Source: Chloroflexaceae bacterium
GTDB taxonomy: Bacteria; Chloroflexota; Chloroflexia; Chloroflexales; Chloroflexaceae
NCBI GenBank assembly: GCA_034436755.1
Contig: DAOTVB010000015.1
Location: 56,516-120,515 of the forward strand
Direction of reading: 5' to 3'
Length of the DNA: 64,000 bases
The position numbers and the translations under genes were made by a program. The notes below the pieces were generated by a model. That model ran no database searches, was not told where the DNA came from, and was given only the letters and a program-made list of their open reading frames with translations. Of this stretch, positions 20,055 to 30,406 are shown piece by piece; the stretch's first letter is position 1, and every line of letters starts with the position of its first letter.

Positions 20055-22394
20055 TTACGGCAGATCCGCACCATAGCGCCACTGATGATAGTGCCGGCCG
20101 ACATTTCCCATCTCAACCTGCCACTCGGCGGGATTGGTGGGAGTGTAGGTCAACACCCGACGTTCAAACGCCTGTACCAGCACATCCTGCGGTTCGCCGG
20201 CGACACTGACACGGATCCAGTAGGGTTCGCTAATCGGATAGCCAACGGTTTGCAACCAGTTGAGCAGCGGGCCGCGGGTAAACTCACCCGCCTCATAGAC
20301 ATCGCCCCAGGCATTCAGGTACTGCCAGAAGACGGTCGGGATATTATGGCCGGTCGTGGGCACGAAATGGGCCAGTCGGGTTGCAGATGAAGTTGGCCCG
20401 GCATATTCAGTGATGCGACCATCACGCTGAAGCTGTTCCGTCACCTGCTCCCCGGTGCGGTCCGCAAAGGTACGCTCAAGGAGGGTATGCAGGCCGGCAT
20501 AAGTCGGTGTTGAGTCGCTGTTGCTATCACCCGCCAGCGCAATATCGGCGGCTTCGTGGGGCACAAAGTCGGTATCACCCACCTGAATGCGCCCGCTGAT
20601 CATCTCCTGGACAAGCAATCCATTCGTGGCCTCTCCCGTAGAGGCAGCCGTTTCCATGCGGGCCTTATCAAAATATTGCACCTGACGTAGCCCATCGGCG
20701 GCCTGAGTGTAAGATTCCTCACCGATCATCAGGCTGTCGGGCCCCCACATCCAACTGCGCTCAACATACTTGCCGGCGACCGGCTGATCATTGCGATGCC
20801 ACATCTGCTCAAAGACAGCATCGGCAAACGGAAACGGTGGAACGACCGTGCGTACTTCCGGGCGCGCCGTGGAGGTAGGCGTTGGCACCGCTCGATAGTT
20901 GATCGTCTCCAGTTCTTCATCGTCAACCCCATCCAGCGTAAACTCTTCCACGGGTGTTGCCAGGAGCGTTGGCGATGGATTGGGGTCAGCCGGGTCGGGT
21001 GTTGGCGTCGGCGTATCCAGGGAGGGCAGATCTTCCGGGTTAGTACGTCCGCAGTCGGTCTGGCCCGGCACACAGAGCTGCAAGAAGAGGTCATAGACAA
21101 TATACTGATTGCCAATATCACCGATATTCTTGACCTGCGCATAGTAGAAACCGTCTACTTCGGGGATAAACTCAATCTGCGAGTCGAGCGTTTCGCCTCC
21201 CGGAATATCGTCATTGATATCGAGAATGCTGACACCATCGCGGTCGGTCAACACCAGAACCGTATCAGCCCCGGCCTGCGTTTCATCATTAATCGATCGC
21301 GGCCCCCGGTAGCGACTGGTGTCGGTAAAGAGGAAGTAGCGCTTCCCGGTTTTCCCGAAGAATGTCACCCAGTCCGCATCACCATCGGGACAGAGGCGAC
21401 GCGCCTCCTGTAGCTCATTTGAGGTAATCAGACGCGCCTCTTCCGGCAGGCCATCCGGCTCAAACAGGTCCAGACAGACCTCAGAAATGGTGCTGGGGGT
21501 CGGGCCGGTGCCTTCACCAGTCAGAGTAATGACATATTCGCGCCCCGGACCACCGCTGCCGGAAACGTCGCGCACCCGGATGAAATACTTGGCATCTTCC
21601 GGAGCCTGCCAGAGATAAATGCGCGGGCGCAGATCATTCGGATTTTCTACATTGAAGTCATCATTAAACGCCAGTCTGTTACCATCTTCATCAGTCAGTT
21701 CGAGAGTCAGATCGAGCCCGGCGTCCATTTCAAGAATACTGATCGTATAGACCTTGCCCGCGATGCCGCCAAACTCCAGCCAGTCCTCATCGCCCTGGGG
21801 ACAGATGGTATGCAACTGGTTGACGAACACATCGATCTGCCGGGCATTCTCCCGTTCATCATCGTCCTCAAAGGCATCTTCACAGATAACCCCTTCGGTG
21901 GGAGTAGGTGTATTAGTGCTATCCGGCGTACGCGTAGGCGTGGGCGTGGGCCCCGTAATATTGATGGTCAACTGCGCATTTGCCTCGATATCGCTATCAT
22001 CCACATCCCGGGCGCGCAGGCGTCCACGTTCAGTGCGTTGGATCTCATCATCCGGGATCGTTATAAGAACAGTAATCGTTGCCCGATCACCACGGGGGAT
22101 GGTGACAGTAGGATTAGGGATAACAACTTCAAAATCGATGGGCAAGTCAAACACATCAATGGAGAAGGTACGATCCTCCTCCTCACTTGTGTTTGACAGG
22201 ATGAGATCGGTGAGAAATGTAACCGTTTCGCCCGGATTCTGCGTCGCTTCTAACTCTGTATCTGCAAACTGGACCACTGGTTCCGCCTGTGCCAGAACAA
22301 GATCAGGCAGTGGCTGTGTTGCCAGGATCAGCACAACGAGAATTGCCAGCGTGGTTATTGCGAGGTTTCGCAGGTGGTTAAGCGGTCGTGTCAC
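20055..22394 (-). CDS. Secreted multidomain protein: signal peptide, CARDB-like region, 2x PPC (pre-peptidase C-terminal) domains, PT-linkers, C-terminal domain of unknown function
   Basis: The N-terminal signal is LAILVVLILATQPLP. Two CPxGDxDW motifs are present, plus PTPTPT linkers. The ORF is 779 aa. Confidence 0.6.
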   Translation of the reverse strand: MTRPLNHLRNLAITTLAILVVLILATQPLPDLVLAQAEPVVQFADTELEATQNPGETVTFLTDLILSNTSEEEDRTFSIDVFDLPIDFEVVIPNPTVTIPRGDRATITVLITIPDDEIQRTERGRLRARDVDDSDIEANAQLTINITGPTPTPTRTPDSTNTPTPTEGVICEDAFEDDDERENARQIDVFVNQLHTICPQGDEDWLEFGGIAGKVYTISILEMDAGLDLTLELTDEDGNRLAFNDDFNVENPNDLRPRIYLWQAPEDAKYFIRVRDVSGSGGPGREYVITLTGEGTGPTPSTISEVCLDLFEPDGLPEEARLITSNELQEARRLCPDGDADWVTFFGKTGKRYFLFTDTSRYRGPRSINDETQAGADTVLVLTDRDGVSILDINDDIPGGETLDSQIEFIPEVDGFYYAQVKNIGDIGNQYIVYDLFLQLCVPGQTDCGRTNPEDLPSLDTPTPTPDPADPNPSPTLLATPVEEFTLDGVDDEELETINYRAVPTPTSTARPEVRTVVPPFPFADAVFEQMWHRNDQPVAGKYVERSWMWGPDSLMIGEESYTQAADGLRQVQYFDKARMETAASTGEATNGLLVQEMISGRIQVGDTDFVPHEAADIALAGDSNSDSTPTYAGLHTLLERTFADRTGEQVTEQLQRDGRITEYAGPTSSATRLAHFVPTTGHNIPTVFWQYLNAWGDVYEAGEFTRGPLLNWLQTVGYPISEPYWIRVSVAGEPQDVLVQAFERRVLTYTPTNPAEWQVEMGNVGRHYHQWRYGADLP

Positions 22395-22699
22395 TGATTG
22401 TCATCTCCCGCTGCCAGATTTATCTTACGGTTTAGACTGAGGCAATTATAGCATGGGGCATGAGTGTGTCAAGAATGAGACAGGGCATAGTAACTTTCAA
22501 TTTCTTAACAGTCCCATTCTGTCCGATACTTCGCTCTTTTCAAATCCGGCAATTTTGTCATACCGCACCTATCCAGAGAATAACAATCATTAGAAATGTA
22601 GAAGTGTGCATTCTTTTTTTGTAAACATAATGTTTTTATACATCATCCGCCCGGTCAACATTAACATATTGTTGACCGGGCAGAATGAAAGGCTGACAC

Positions 22700-23863
22700 C
22701 TACAGGCTAATATCCTGCATAGCAGCGGCAGCCACACGCTTCCCGACAGCCGCCGTTACCGCAGCCAGGCGGGGCATCAGCGCGGCGAAGTTTTCCAGCG
22801 TCAGCGACTGCCCGCCGTCGCTACGCGCACGATCCGGATCGGGATGCACCTCGATGGCAAGCCCATCAGCGCCGGCAGCCAGTGCGGCCAGCGCCAGCGG
22901 TTGCACCAGGTACCACTTGCCGGTGCCGTGGCTGGGGTCGGCAATAACCGGCAGATGTGAGCGGCGCTTCGCCAGCGCCACGGCGTTGAGGTCCATGGTG
23001 TTGCGCGTGGCCGTCTCGAAGGTACGAATCCCACGCTCGCACAGAATGACATTCGGATTGCCCTGGGCAACAATATATTCGGCACTCAGTAGCCACTCGT
23101 CGAAGGTCGCCGACATCCCCCGCTTGAGCAGCACGGGTTTCCCGGTGCGCCCAACCTCCTCCAGCAGTTGATAGTTCTGCATATTGCGCGCACCGATCTG
23201 CAGCAGGTCGGCATACTGCGCAACCAGATCAACATCGGTCGGGGTCATCACCTCGGTGACAACCGGCAGGCCCGTCTCTGCGCGCGCCTGGGCCAGCAAC
23301 TGCAACCCCAGCTTGCCCAATCCGCGGAAGGTGTAGGGCGAGGAGCGCGGTTTGAACGCGCCACCGCGCAGCATGGTTGCCCCGGCTTCGCGCACGGCGT
23401 AGGCGGTGGTCATCATCTGCGCTTCGCTCTCGACGGCACATGGCCCGGCGATGACCACACAATCGCCGCCGCCAACTTTGATACCGGATACATCAACAAT
23501 GGTGTCGTGGGGATGCATTTCGCGCCCGGTAAGTTTGTAGGGCCGCGTCACCCGCATCGTCTCCTGCACACCGGGGAAGCGCTCCATGTCTTCCCGCAGG
23601 GCCGGCGGGATGAATGCACCGATGACCCCGACGATCATGCGCTCCTCGCCATGAATAATATGGCCCTTCAAATCATGTTCCTGTAACCGTTCAAGTACGG
23701 TGTCGATGTTCTCCTGCGTGGCGCTGCTGCGCATAATGACGATCATTGCGTTATCTTCCTCTCCTGATGATATAACTTCTGCGACTGGTCGAACGGCATA
23801 TGCCACACGCGGCGCGCCGGGCCGCAGCGTCGGCGTGGCCTGGGGCGGGGCAACGGTTGCCAT
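22700..23863 (-). CDS. 3-deoxy-7-phosphoheptulonate (DAHP) synthase, type I-beta with N-terminal regulatory domain
   Basis: The catalytic core ([24 protein letters not shown]) is preceded by an ACT/FL-like N-terminal domain. The ATG at 23863 has a GGAGG RBS. The track start at 23962 lies inside the repeat element (artifactual MLPQA). Confidence 0.83.
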   Translation of the reverse strand: MATVAPPQATPTLRPGAPRVAYAVRPVAEVISSGEEDNAMIVIMRSSATQENIDTVLERLQEHDLKGHIIHGEERMIVGVIGAFIPPALREDMERFPGVQETMRVTRPYKLTGREMHPHDTIVDVSGIKVGGGDCVVIAGPCAVESEAQMMTTAYAVREAGATMLRGGAFKPRSSPYTFRGLGKLGLQLLAQARAETGLPVVTEVMTPTDVDLVAQYADLLQIGARNMQNYQLLEEVGRTGKPVLLKRGMSATFDEWLLSAEYIVAQGNPNVILCERGIRTFETATRNTMDLNAVALAKRRSHLPVIADPSHGTGKWYLVQPLALAALAAGADGLAIEVHPDPDRARSDGGQSLTLENFAALMPRLAAVTAAVGKRVAAAAMQDISL

Positions 23864-23879
23864 AACAGTAATCTCCTCC

Positions 23880-24110
23880 ACCGTATATAACGCGAAGTAC
23901 GCGGTGGGTCTGCAAACTGGGCGTTTGCGCCCGGTAATGGCCCGATTCGCCTGCGGCAGCATGGTACGCTCTTTTCTTTTTCACAAAAAAATTCACAACG
24001 TGAATTTTTTTGTGAAAAAGAATGATATCTTCCGCCCTGCCGGAGGCGGAATCTCCTGTCGGGTCAACAACCGCGTAAGTCGTGTAAATAACGCGAGTTA
24101 CGCGGTGGGT
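23880..24110. repeat. Modular palindromic repeat element, copy 3, forward orientation; hairpin 23979-24015
   Basis: Contains cgcctgcggcagcatggtac, the core ttcacaaaaaaattcacaacgtgaatttttttgtgaa and the 3' arm cttccgccctgccggaggcggaatctcctgtcgggtcaac...ccgcgtaagtcgtgtaaat. Confidence 0.9.
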
Positions 24111-24345
24111 CCACAAACTGGACATTTGCCCAGGTGGAAGCCCGATTCGCCTGCGGCAGCATGGTACATTTTGAACTTTTTTCACAAAAAATTTGCACTG
24201 TGTGCAAATTTTTTGTGAAAAAAGAATGATATCTTCCGCCCTGCCGGAGGCGGAATCCCCTGTCGGGTCAACGACCGCGTAAGTCGTGTAAATAACGCGA
24301 GTTACGCGGTGAGCGTACACATCAGACGTGTACTTCCACAACGGC
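24111..24345. repeat. Modular palindromic repeat element, copy 4, tandem to copy 3; hairpin 24181-24218
   Basis: Same flanks as copy 3. The hairpin ttcacaaaaaatttgcactgtgtgcaaattttttgtgaa differs in its inner stem by a compensated change. Confidence 0.9.
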
Positions 24346-24400
24346 CGGCTTCGCCTGCGGCAGCATAGTTCGGTCTTTACGGCAAAGAAAAACCCCCAGC

Positions 24401-24811
24401 TTACGACTGAGAGTCCGGTGATTGCATGGTAAATGCGGTCATCTGCGCACGTTCGGGACGCAGATTGCGCGCGTCCCGGATGTAGACATGCACCAACTCA
24501 TCGGCGCGGCGGGTGGTGTTCCAATGAATAAGCACCCGGATACAGCCCTGCAAACTACCCGGCACATTCATCTCGTGCCCGCAGAGCAGTGCGGTATCCA
24601 GCCAACCCAACTCACGCGCGGCAACGGCGGGAAACTCGGCATTGAGGTCGGGAGTAGTGGTGAAGATCGCGCTGGCGATATCCTCCGGCCGCAGATCGTT
24701 AGCCGCGATAAGCTCCTGGAGCATCTCGCGGGTCGCCTCCAGGATGGCTTCGCGTGTATTCTCGGTTGCGGTGGTTGCGCCACGAATACCGCGACACCAG
24801 ACGGTTGTCAT
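24401..24811 (-). CDS. aroH: Monofunctional chorismate mutase, AroH class
   Basis: [24 protein letters not shown] is a canonical AroH N-terminus. AAGGAG RBS; 136 aa. Confidence 0.75.
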   Translation of the reverse strand: MTTVWCRGIRGATTATENTREAILEATREMLQELIAANDLRPEDIASAIFTTTPDLNAEFPAVAARELGWLDTALLCGHEMNVPGSLQGCIRVLIHWNTTRRADELVHVYIRDARNLRPERAQMTAFTMQSPDSQS

Positions 24812-25098
24812 AGCAGTCTTCTCCTTTATCGATCTTGAGCTGGTACGAGACAAACAGAAAGGGCGTGGAAGCTGCTGCTCCACGCCCTGTCGTTTATCTG
24901 TCTACTATCTTAGATCTTACGCAACGCGAAGCACCCAGTCCTTATGTTGGCCGGTAAAATAAAAGAAGTAGAAAAAGCTGTTGATCAGATATACCATGGG
25001 CCTTTTCGTCCTCTACCGCTTCGCGCTAAATGCCATCCGACTATAGCACACAACCACACGTACGTCAAGCGGATATGCGGGATCGGATGCGCCGTATC

Positions 25099-26142
25099 TC
25101 AGAAGAACACCTTCACCAGCCGGAGCGCGCCCTGCTTCCAGGGGACACGGTGCGAGACACCGGAACTCTGCTCGAATTTCGCCAGATTATCCAGGTACCA
25201 CTGGTAGTTCCGGATCAAGGCATCCTTGTTTGAAAACTTGGGATCATATCCAAGCACGCGTTCGGCCTTCTCGATGGAGACAAACGAGTCTTTGGAAACT
25301 GTCTCGTAGACCCACTTGTAGAGCGGGGAGAGATGAAAGAACTCGAGCACGCGCAGGGCCATGATCATCGGGCCGGCCGGGAAGGTGCGGATCTGCTTGC
25401 CATGACCGGCATAATCTAACACGGCCTGGAAATCCTCTTTGACGGTGGAAAACTCGCGGGCCCCGATGTTAAAGGTATCGTTGACCTTCGCCTTGTCGCC
25501 CTGCGCAACCAGGTAGATCGCCTCGCAGAGATCTTCGACATCGAGATACTGGTAGCGGTTGTTGCCGCTCCCCAGCACGGGGAAGCTCTTGCCATCCTTG
25601 GCCCAGTCGTAGAGCAGCGCAAAGACACCCAGGCGCTCCGGGCCAATAAACGATTTCGGGCGCAGAATGGGGATGCACATTCCTTTCTGGCGATACTCAA
25701 GGCAGGCTTCCTCGGCCTGGATCTTGGCTTCACCGTAGGGACCAACCCCACTCATTTTGTCGGTTTCGTACAGGGGATGATGATCAGGGATGCCATACAC
25801 GGCGGTGGTGGAGATATGGATCAGCCGGTCCACGCCATGGTGATAGGCCACGTCGATCACGTTGCGCGTGCCGGTGACCTCCGTGGAGTAGATATCTTCT
25901 TTTTTGTAGAGCGGTAACGCCGCCGCCGTATGCACCACAATGTCGATGTTCTCCATTGCCCGATCAACCGTCTGGCGGTCACGGACATCGCCCTTGATGA
26001 TTGTCACCTTATCGACAACATCGGGATAATCAAAATCGGCGATATCAAGCGAGGTAACGGCGTGCCCCTTGTCGAGGAGAAACCGGACCAGGTTGATCCC
26101 CAGGAACCCCGCGCCACCAGTAATTAAATATCGTTGTGACAT
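25099..26142 (-). CDS. NAD-dependent epimerase/dehydratase (SDR, extended family)
   Basis: GGAGFLG Rossmann motif at the N-terminus; YxxxK-containing core; 347 aa. Confidence 0.85.
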   Translation of the reverse strand: MSQRYLITGGAGFLGINLVRFLLDKGHAVTSLDIADFDYPDVVDKVTIIKGDVRDRQTVDRAMENIDIVVHTAAALPLYKKEDIYSTEVTGTRNVIDVAYHHGVDRLIHISTTAVYGIPDHHPLYETDKMSGVGPYGEAKIQAEEACLEYRQKGMCIPILRPKSFIGPERLGVFALLYDWAKDGKSFPVLGSGNNRYQYLDVEDLCEAIYLVAQGDKAKVNDTFNIGAREFSTVKEDFQAVLDYAGHGKQIRTFPAGPMIMALRVLEFFHLSPLYKWVYETVSKDSFVSIEKAERVLGYDPKFSNKDALIRNYQWYLDNLAKFEQSSGVSHRVPWKQGALRLVKVFF

Positions 26143-26514
26143 AACCTTTACCTTCTCCTGATTTTCTACTCTGTCGCCGGCATAGGCTGTGCTACGCTTT
26201 GCAGGACGCGTCTGGATCGTCCTGTTCGTAGTATAACGAATTGTAGCGACACGATTATAACCGGGGTTGCGATTATATTGAGTAACTGATATGGGATGTG
26301 ACGTAAAGTTCTGCGCCGGCCCGTAGGGGCGAAAGATTTTTCGCCCTTACCCGTCCTGGGAAGCGCATACCGGAGGCATGCAGACCGGGTACACCAGAAC
26401 CGTGTGCAGAAACATACGTCACACCCCTGTAACTGATAGCGCTTGACAGCCGGACAGAAAAAATGTACCCTCTATCTTTGTTACTGTTATTCTGCAAAGC
26501 GACCCTGGTTCAGT

Positions 26515-27111
26515 ATGACGACCAACCCGATTACACCCGATCCACCGGCAGCAACGCCGACCACGGCGGCTGCATCCCCACCGGCCCGACGGCCATGGCG
26601 GGCGCTCTTCTTGCTGTTCGGCACACTGCTGCTGACCGGGGCGATTCTGCTGGTGCCGCTGGATGTGCTTGAGCGTCTGGGGGATTTTGGCTACCTGGGG
26701 GTTTTCCTGCTAACGCTCTTTTCCAGTGCCTCGATTGTGCTGCCGTCGCCGGCCCTGGGAGCGGCCCTGGCGGGGGGCGCGGTGCTGAACCCCTGGATTG
26801 TCGGGGTGCTGGCGGGAATTGCGGCGGGATTGGGCGAGTCCACCGGCTATGCGGCGGGCTACAGCGGGAGCGGGCTGGCGATGCGTTCGCGTTTCTATGC
26901 TCGGGTAGAAAGCTGGGTGCGGCGCTGGGGCATGCTGACCGTGTTTGTGCTGGCGGCCATCCCCTCACCGCTGATTGATCTGGCGGGGATTGCGGCGGGT
27001 ACGTTGCGGCTGCCCTTTCGCGCATACCTGCTGGCCTGCCTTGCCGGGAAGATCGTGCGCTTTGTTCCCGTGGCAATGGCGGGACGGCTGTTAAAGGATG
27101 TCCTGTTTTGA
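26515..27111 (+). CDS. DedA/VTT-domain (SNARE-associated) membrane protein
   Basis: The VTT motif region (FSSASIVLPSP...GESTGYAAGY) and multiple TMs are present. The internal Met start is preferred over the track start. Confidence 0.65.
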   Translation: MTTNPITPDPPAATPTTAAASPPARRPWRALFLLFGTLLLTGAILLVPLDVLERLGDFGYLGVFLLTLFSSASIVLPSPALGAALAGGAVLNPWIVGVLAGIAAGLGESTGYAAGYSGSGLAMRSRFYARVESWVRRWGMLTVFVLAAIPSPLIDLAGIAAGTLRLPFRAYLLACLAGKIVRFVPVAMAGRLLKDVLF

Positions 27112-27137
27112 GTTGCACATGAGGCATACGAGTACAT

Positions 27138-27740
27138 ATGAGCGATCTACTGATAGCCACACGCAACCCGGGGAAGCTGCGCGAGTTTGCCCAGATCTTT
27201 GCCGACCTGGGAATGAACTTGCGCTCGCTCGATGATCTGGGGATCAGCGCGGAGATTGAAGAGACCGGTACAACCTTTACCGCCAATGCCCAGTTGAAGG
27301 CCGAAGGCTACATGCACCTGAGCGGGTTGCCGGCGCTGGCCGACGACAGCGGGCTGGAGGTGGCAGCGCTGGATGGTGCGCCGGGGGTCTACTCGGCGCG
27401 CTACGGCGGTGTTACGGGCGCGGCGCAACTCGCCTATCTGTTGCAGCAACTGGAAAGTGTCCCGGTTGAGGCCCGGCAGGCCCGCTTTGTCTGTGTGATT
27501 GCGCTGGCGCGGCCCGGTGGTGCAACCGAGTTTGTCGAGGGTACACTCTCCGGTGCGATTGCGCCGGCACCACGGGGGACGGGCGGGTTTGGGTATGATC
27601 CGGTTTTTTATCTGCCGGAAGCGGGCAAGACCCTGGCGGAGCTGCCGCCGGAACATAAAAACGCCATCAGCCATCGCGCCGCGGCCGCACGCGCGGCACG
27701 GGCCGTGCTGCAGCGCTGGCATACCGAGGGCCACCTATGA
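27138..27740 (+). CDS. rdgB: Non-canonical purine NTP pyrophosphatase (RdgB/HAM1)
   Basis: LLIATRNPGKLREF ... SARYGG ... GFGYDPVF signature. Confidence 0.85.
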   Translation: MSDLLIATRNPGKLREFAQIFADLGMNLRSLDDLGISAEIEETGTTFTANAQLKAEGYMHLSGLPALADDSGLEVAALDGAPGVYSARYGGVTGAAQLAYLLQQLESVPVEARQARFVCVIALARPGGATEFVEGTLSGAIAPAPRGTGGFGYDPVFYLPEAGKTLAELPPEHKNAISHRAAAARAARAVLQRWHTEGHL

Positions 27741-28564
27741 CCCTGGTCGTCTCCGCGCTGGCCTCCAGCAGCCAGGGCAATGCCATCCTGCTGCGCATGG
27801 AGCAGACCGCCATCCTGATCGACTGCGGGCTGTCGATGCGCGCGATTGAGCGACATCTGCGGCTGGCGGGGCTGGACCCGGCGGATCTGCATGCGATCCT
27901 GTTGACGCACGAGCATGGCGATCATGCGTTGAGTGCGGGCAAACTGGCGCGGCGCTATGGTCTGCCGGTGGTGTGTAATGCTGCAACCCGCGTCGCGCTG
28001 GGCGAACAACTCGCCGGGGCCGCCGTTGAGCTACTGCCGATTGGCGCGGTGGCCGGGATCGGGCCGTTCGATATCACCAGTTTTCGGTTGCCGCACGATG
28101 CCGCTGCGCCGGTCGGCTACTCGATTACTGCGGCAGGTGTTACGGTGGGGCTGGCAGTTGATCTGGGTAGTTGGACCGAGGAGATCGTAGAGCATCTGCG
28201 CCCGGCGGATCTGCTGATTGTCGAGGCCAATCATGATCGGGAACAGTTGCAGGTAGCACCCTATCCCCAGGCGACGCGCCGGCGCATCTTTAGTTCACTG
28301 GGCCATCTGGATAATGTTCAGACCGGCGAGTTGCTGGCACGTATCGGTGCGGACGGGCGCGAACGGGATGTCTGGCTGGCCCATCTCTCGGAACAGGCCA
28401 ACACGCCGGAGCGGGCGCGGAAGGGTGTCGGGCGCGTCCTGCAGATGGCGGGAATATCCGGGTTGCGGCTGGTAACGCTGCCCCACCGGGCAACACTGGC
28501 CCCGCCGGGCACGGCCGTCTGGAGCAGCGATGGTATGCTCAAACAGAAGAGTTTGTTCGGGTAG
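27737..28564 (+). CDS. MBL-fold metallo-hydrolase
   Basis: HxHxDH motif ([10 protein letters not shown]); 275 aa. The start overlaps the rdgB stop. Confidence 0.75.
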   Translation: MTLVVSALASSSQGNAILLRMEQTAILIDCGLSMRAIERHLRLAGLDPADLHAILLTHEHGDHALSAGKLARRYGLPVVCNAATRVALGEQLAGAAVELLPIGAVAGIGPFDITSFRLPHDAAAPVGYSITAAGVTVGLAVDLGSWTEEIVEHLRPADLLIVEANHDREQLQVAPYPQATRRRIFSSLGHLDNVQTGELLARIGADGRERDVWLAHLSEQANTPERARKGVGRVLQMAGISGLRLVTLPHRATLAPPGTAVWSSDGMLKQKSLFG

Positions 28565-28599
28565 GCGTATCCACCTGCCCCACGCAAAGGAGTTGTGCG

Positions 28600-29529
28600 A
28601 TGGCGATGCAGAAGACAGAGTTTATCTGGTTCAATGGTCAACTGGTGGAGTGGGAAAAGGCCACGGTGCATGTGTTATCGCATGCGCTGCACTATGGCAG
28701 CAGCTTCTTTGAGGGCATTCGCTGCTATGCCACCCCGCGCGGTCCGGCAGCTTTCCGACTGACGCCCCACATGCGGCGGTTGTTCGACTCGGCTAAGATT
28801 TATCGCACCGAGATCCCCTACACCCTGACGCAACTGGTTTCCGCCGTTAAAGAGACCGTGCGCGCGAACCAGTTGAAGTCGGCCTATGTGCGCCCGGTGG
28901 TCTTCCGGGGCTTTGGCAGCCTGGGGGTTGATCCGATGCCCTGCCCGGTTGAAGTGGCTATCGCGGCGATTGAGTGGGGGAAGTATCTGGGGGATGAGGG
29001 GTTGGAGCAGGGTGTCGATGTCTGTGTCTCCTCCTGGAACCGCTTTGCGCCCAACACCCTGCCCGCGCTGTCGAAGGCAGGCGGGAATTACCTCAACTCG
29101 CAACTGGTCAAAATGGAGGCGCTGCGGGATGGCTACAGCGAGGGAATTGTGCTCGACTCGCAAAACCAGGTCAGCGAGGGCAGCGGCGAGAATATCTTTG
29201 TTGTACGCGATGGCGTGGTAATGACGCCCCCAGCCAGTTCCTCGATTCTATGGGGCATTACGCGCGACACCGTGATCACGCTGCTGCATGAACTGGGGAT
29301 TGAAGTGCGCCAGCAGGTGATTCCGCGTGAGATGCTCTACCTGGCCGATGAGATCTTCTTTACCGGAACCGCCGCCGAGATCACGCCCGTCCGCTCGGTT
29401 GATGGTATTGCGGTAGGAACGGGGCAGCGGGGCACGCTGACGGCCGAGGTGCAGTCGGCCTTCTTTGGGATCGTGCAGGGCGAGCGCGCGGATACCTACA
29501 ACTGGTTAGAATATGTCGATGAAGCCTGA
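28600..29529 (+). CDS. ilvE: Branched-chain amino acid aminotransferase
   Basis: Fold-type IV PLP-enzyme pattern ([28 protein letters not shown]). Confidence 0.9.
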   Translation: MAMQKTEFIWFNGQLVEWEKATVHVLSHALHYGSSFFEGIRCYATPRGPAAFRLTPHMRRLFDSAKIYRTEIPYTLTQLVSAVKETVRANQLKSAYVRPVVFRGFGSLGVDPMPCPVEVAIAAIEWGKYLGDEGLEQGVDVCVSSWNRFAPNTLPALSKAGGNYLNSQLVKMEALRDGYSEGIVLDSQNQVSEGSGENIFVVRDGVVMTPPASSSILWGITRDTVITLLHELGIEVRQQVIPREMLYLADEIFFTGTAAEITPVRSVDGIAVGTGQRGTLTAEVQSAFFGIVQGERADTYNWLEYVDEA

Positions 29530-29736
29530 AATAAGGTATTGCAACGCAGTAGACCATCGGCTATAATGTTTTGCGCATTCACAGGACGATCAGGCGTGAC
29601 AAAACCGAATTTTGGGCCATGGTGCGCAAAAGCAACAAGGCCAGCATCCACTTGCGGAAGCTGGCCCTGGTTTCTGGCGTATGTTCTGTTCTGATGAACT
29701 ATGAACTATTTGGATGAATGAGAGAACGGGTGGGGG

Positions 29737-29928
29737 TTAGCGGTTGCGGGTTTTGTACATCGTACGCAGGTGGCTAGTACTGATCTTGACCCGCCGGCGC
29801 TTCCCATCGGCATCAATAATGGTTTTGGTTTGGACATTTGGGTACCAGGTGCGCTTTGTGCGCCGCTTGGAGTGGCTCACATTATTCCCGGTTGAGGGCT
29901 TTTTGCCCGTAAATTGACACTTTGCCAT
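29737..29928 (-). CDS. rpmB: 50S ribosomal protein L28
   Basis: [28 protein letters not shown]... is canonical. Confidence 0.9.
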   Translation of the reverse strand: MAKCQFTGKKPSTGNNVSHSKRRTKRTWYPNVQTKTIIDADGKRRRVKISTSHLRTMYKTRNR

Positions 29929-30016
29929 GAGCTATACCTCAGTTATCGATAGTTATCGGTTACAATCGCAATGAGCTTTGTAGACTATACCATATCTAAC
30001 AACCCCTGGCAAACGT

Positions 30017-30394
30017 ATGAGTAAGCAGGTTTCACATCCTAATGCCCGGGTGTTACCGGACGGCAAGATCGAGGTAGCGCCCCGAGCGATTGCAACCATC
30101 ACGGCGTGCGCTGTGCTCCAGTGTTATGGCGTTGTTGGTATGGCCCCGCGTAACTTGCGTGAGGGTGTCGCGCAGGTGTTGCATAAAGAAGACCAGTATA
30201 AAGGTATTGATATTCTTATCAAAAATGATGAGATCGCGATTGATCTGTATGTCATTATCGAATATGGAACACGCATTGTCGAAGTAGCGCGGAATGTTCA
30301 GGAGAATGTGCGCTATGCAGTGGAGCATGCGCTGGGATTACCGGTTTCGCGGGTAAATGTACGGGTGCAGGGTGTGCGTATTAGCCGGCCATGA
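30017..30394 (+). CDS. Asp23/Gls24 (YloU-like) family protein
   Basis: 125 aa. Lies in the conserved position between rpmB and the DAK2 gene. Confidence 0.78.
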   Translation: MSKQVSHPNARVLPDGKIEVAPRAIATITACAVLQCYGVVGMAPRNLREGVAQVLHKEDQYKGIDILIKNDEIAIDLYVIIEYGTRIVEVARNVQENVRYAVEHALGLPVSRVNVRVQGVRISRP

Positions 30395-30406
30395 GAGGAA
30401 AGTGTT

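Noticed and set aside
23751-24341. ORFs of 60-200 aa inside repeat-element regions
   Set aside because: These ORFs are 5558..5764, 5657..5953, 23700..24218, 23751..24341, 36461..36649, 37527..38021, 37598..37845, 42164..42463, 42482..42862 and 47633..47950. They lie entirely within the non-coding repeat family and recur with recycled peptides (MLPQAKR..., ...HNVNFFVKK...). They have no RBS and low-complexity composition, and are artifacts of the repeat's conserved catgctgccgcagg motif.
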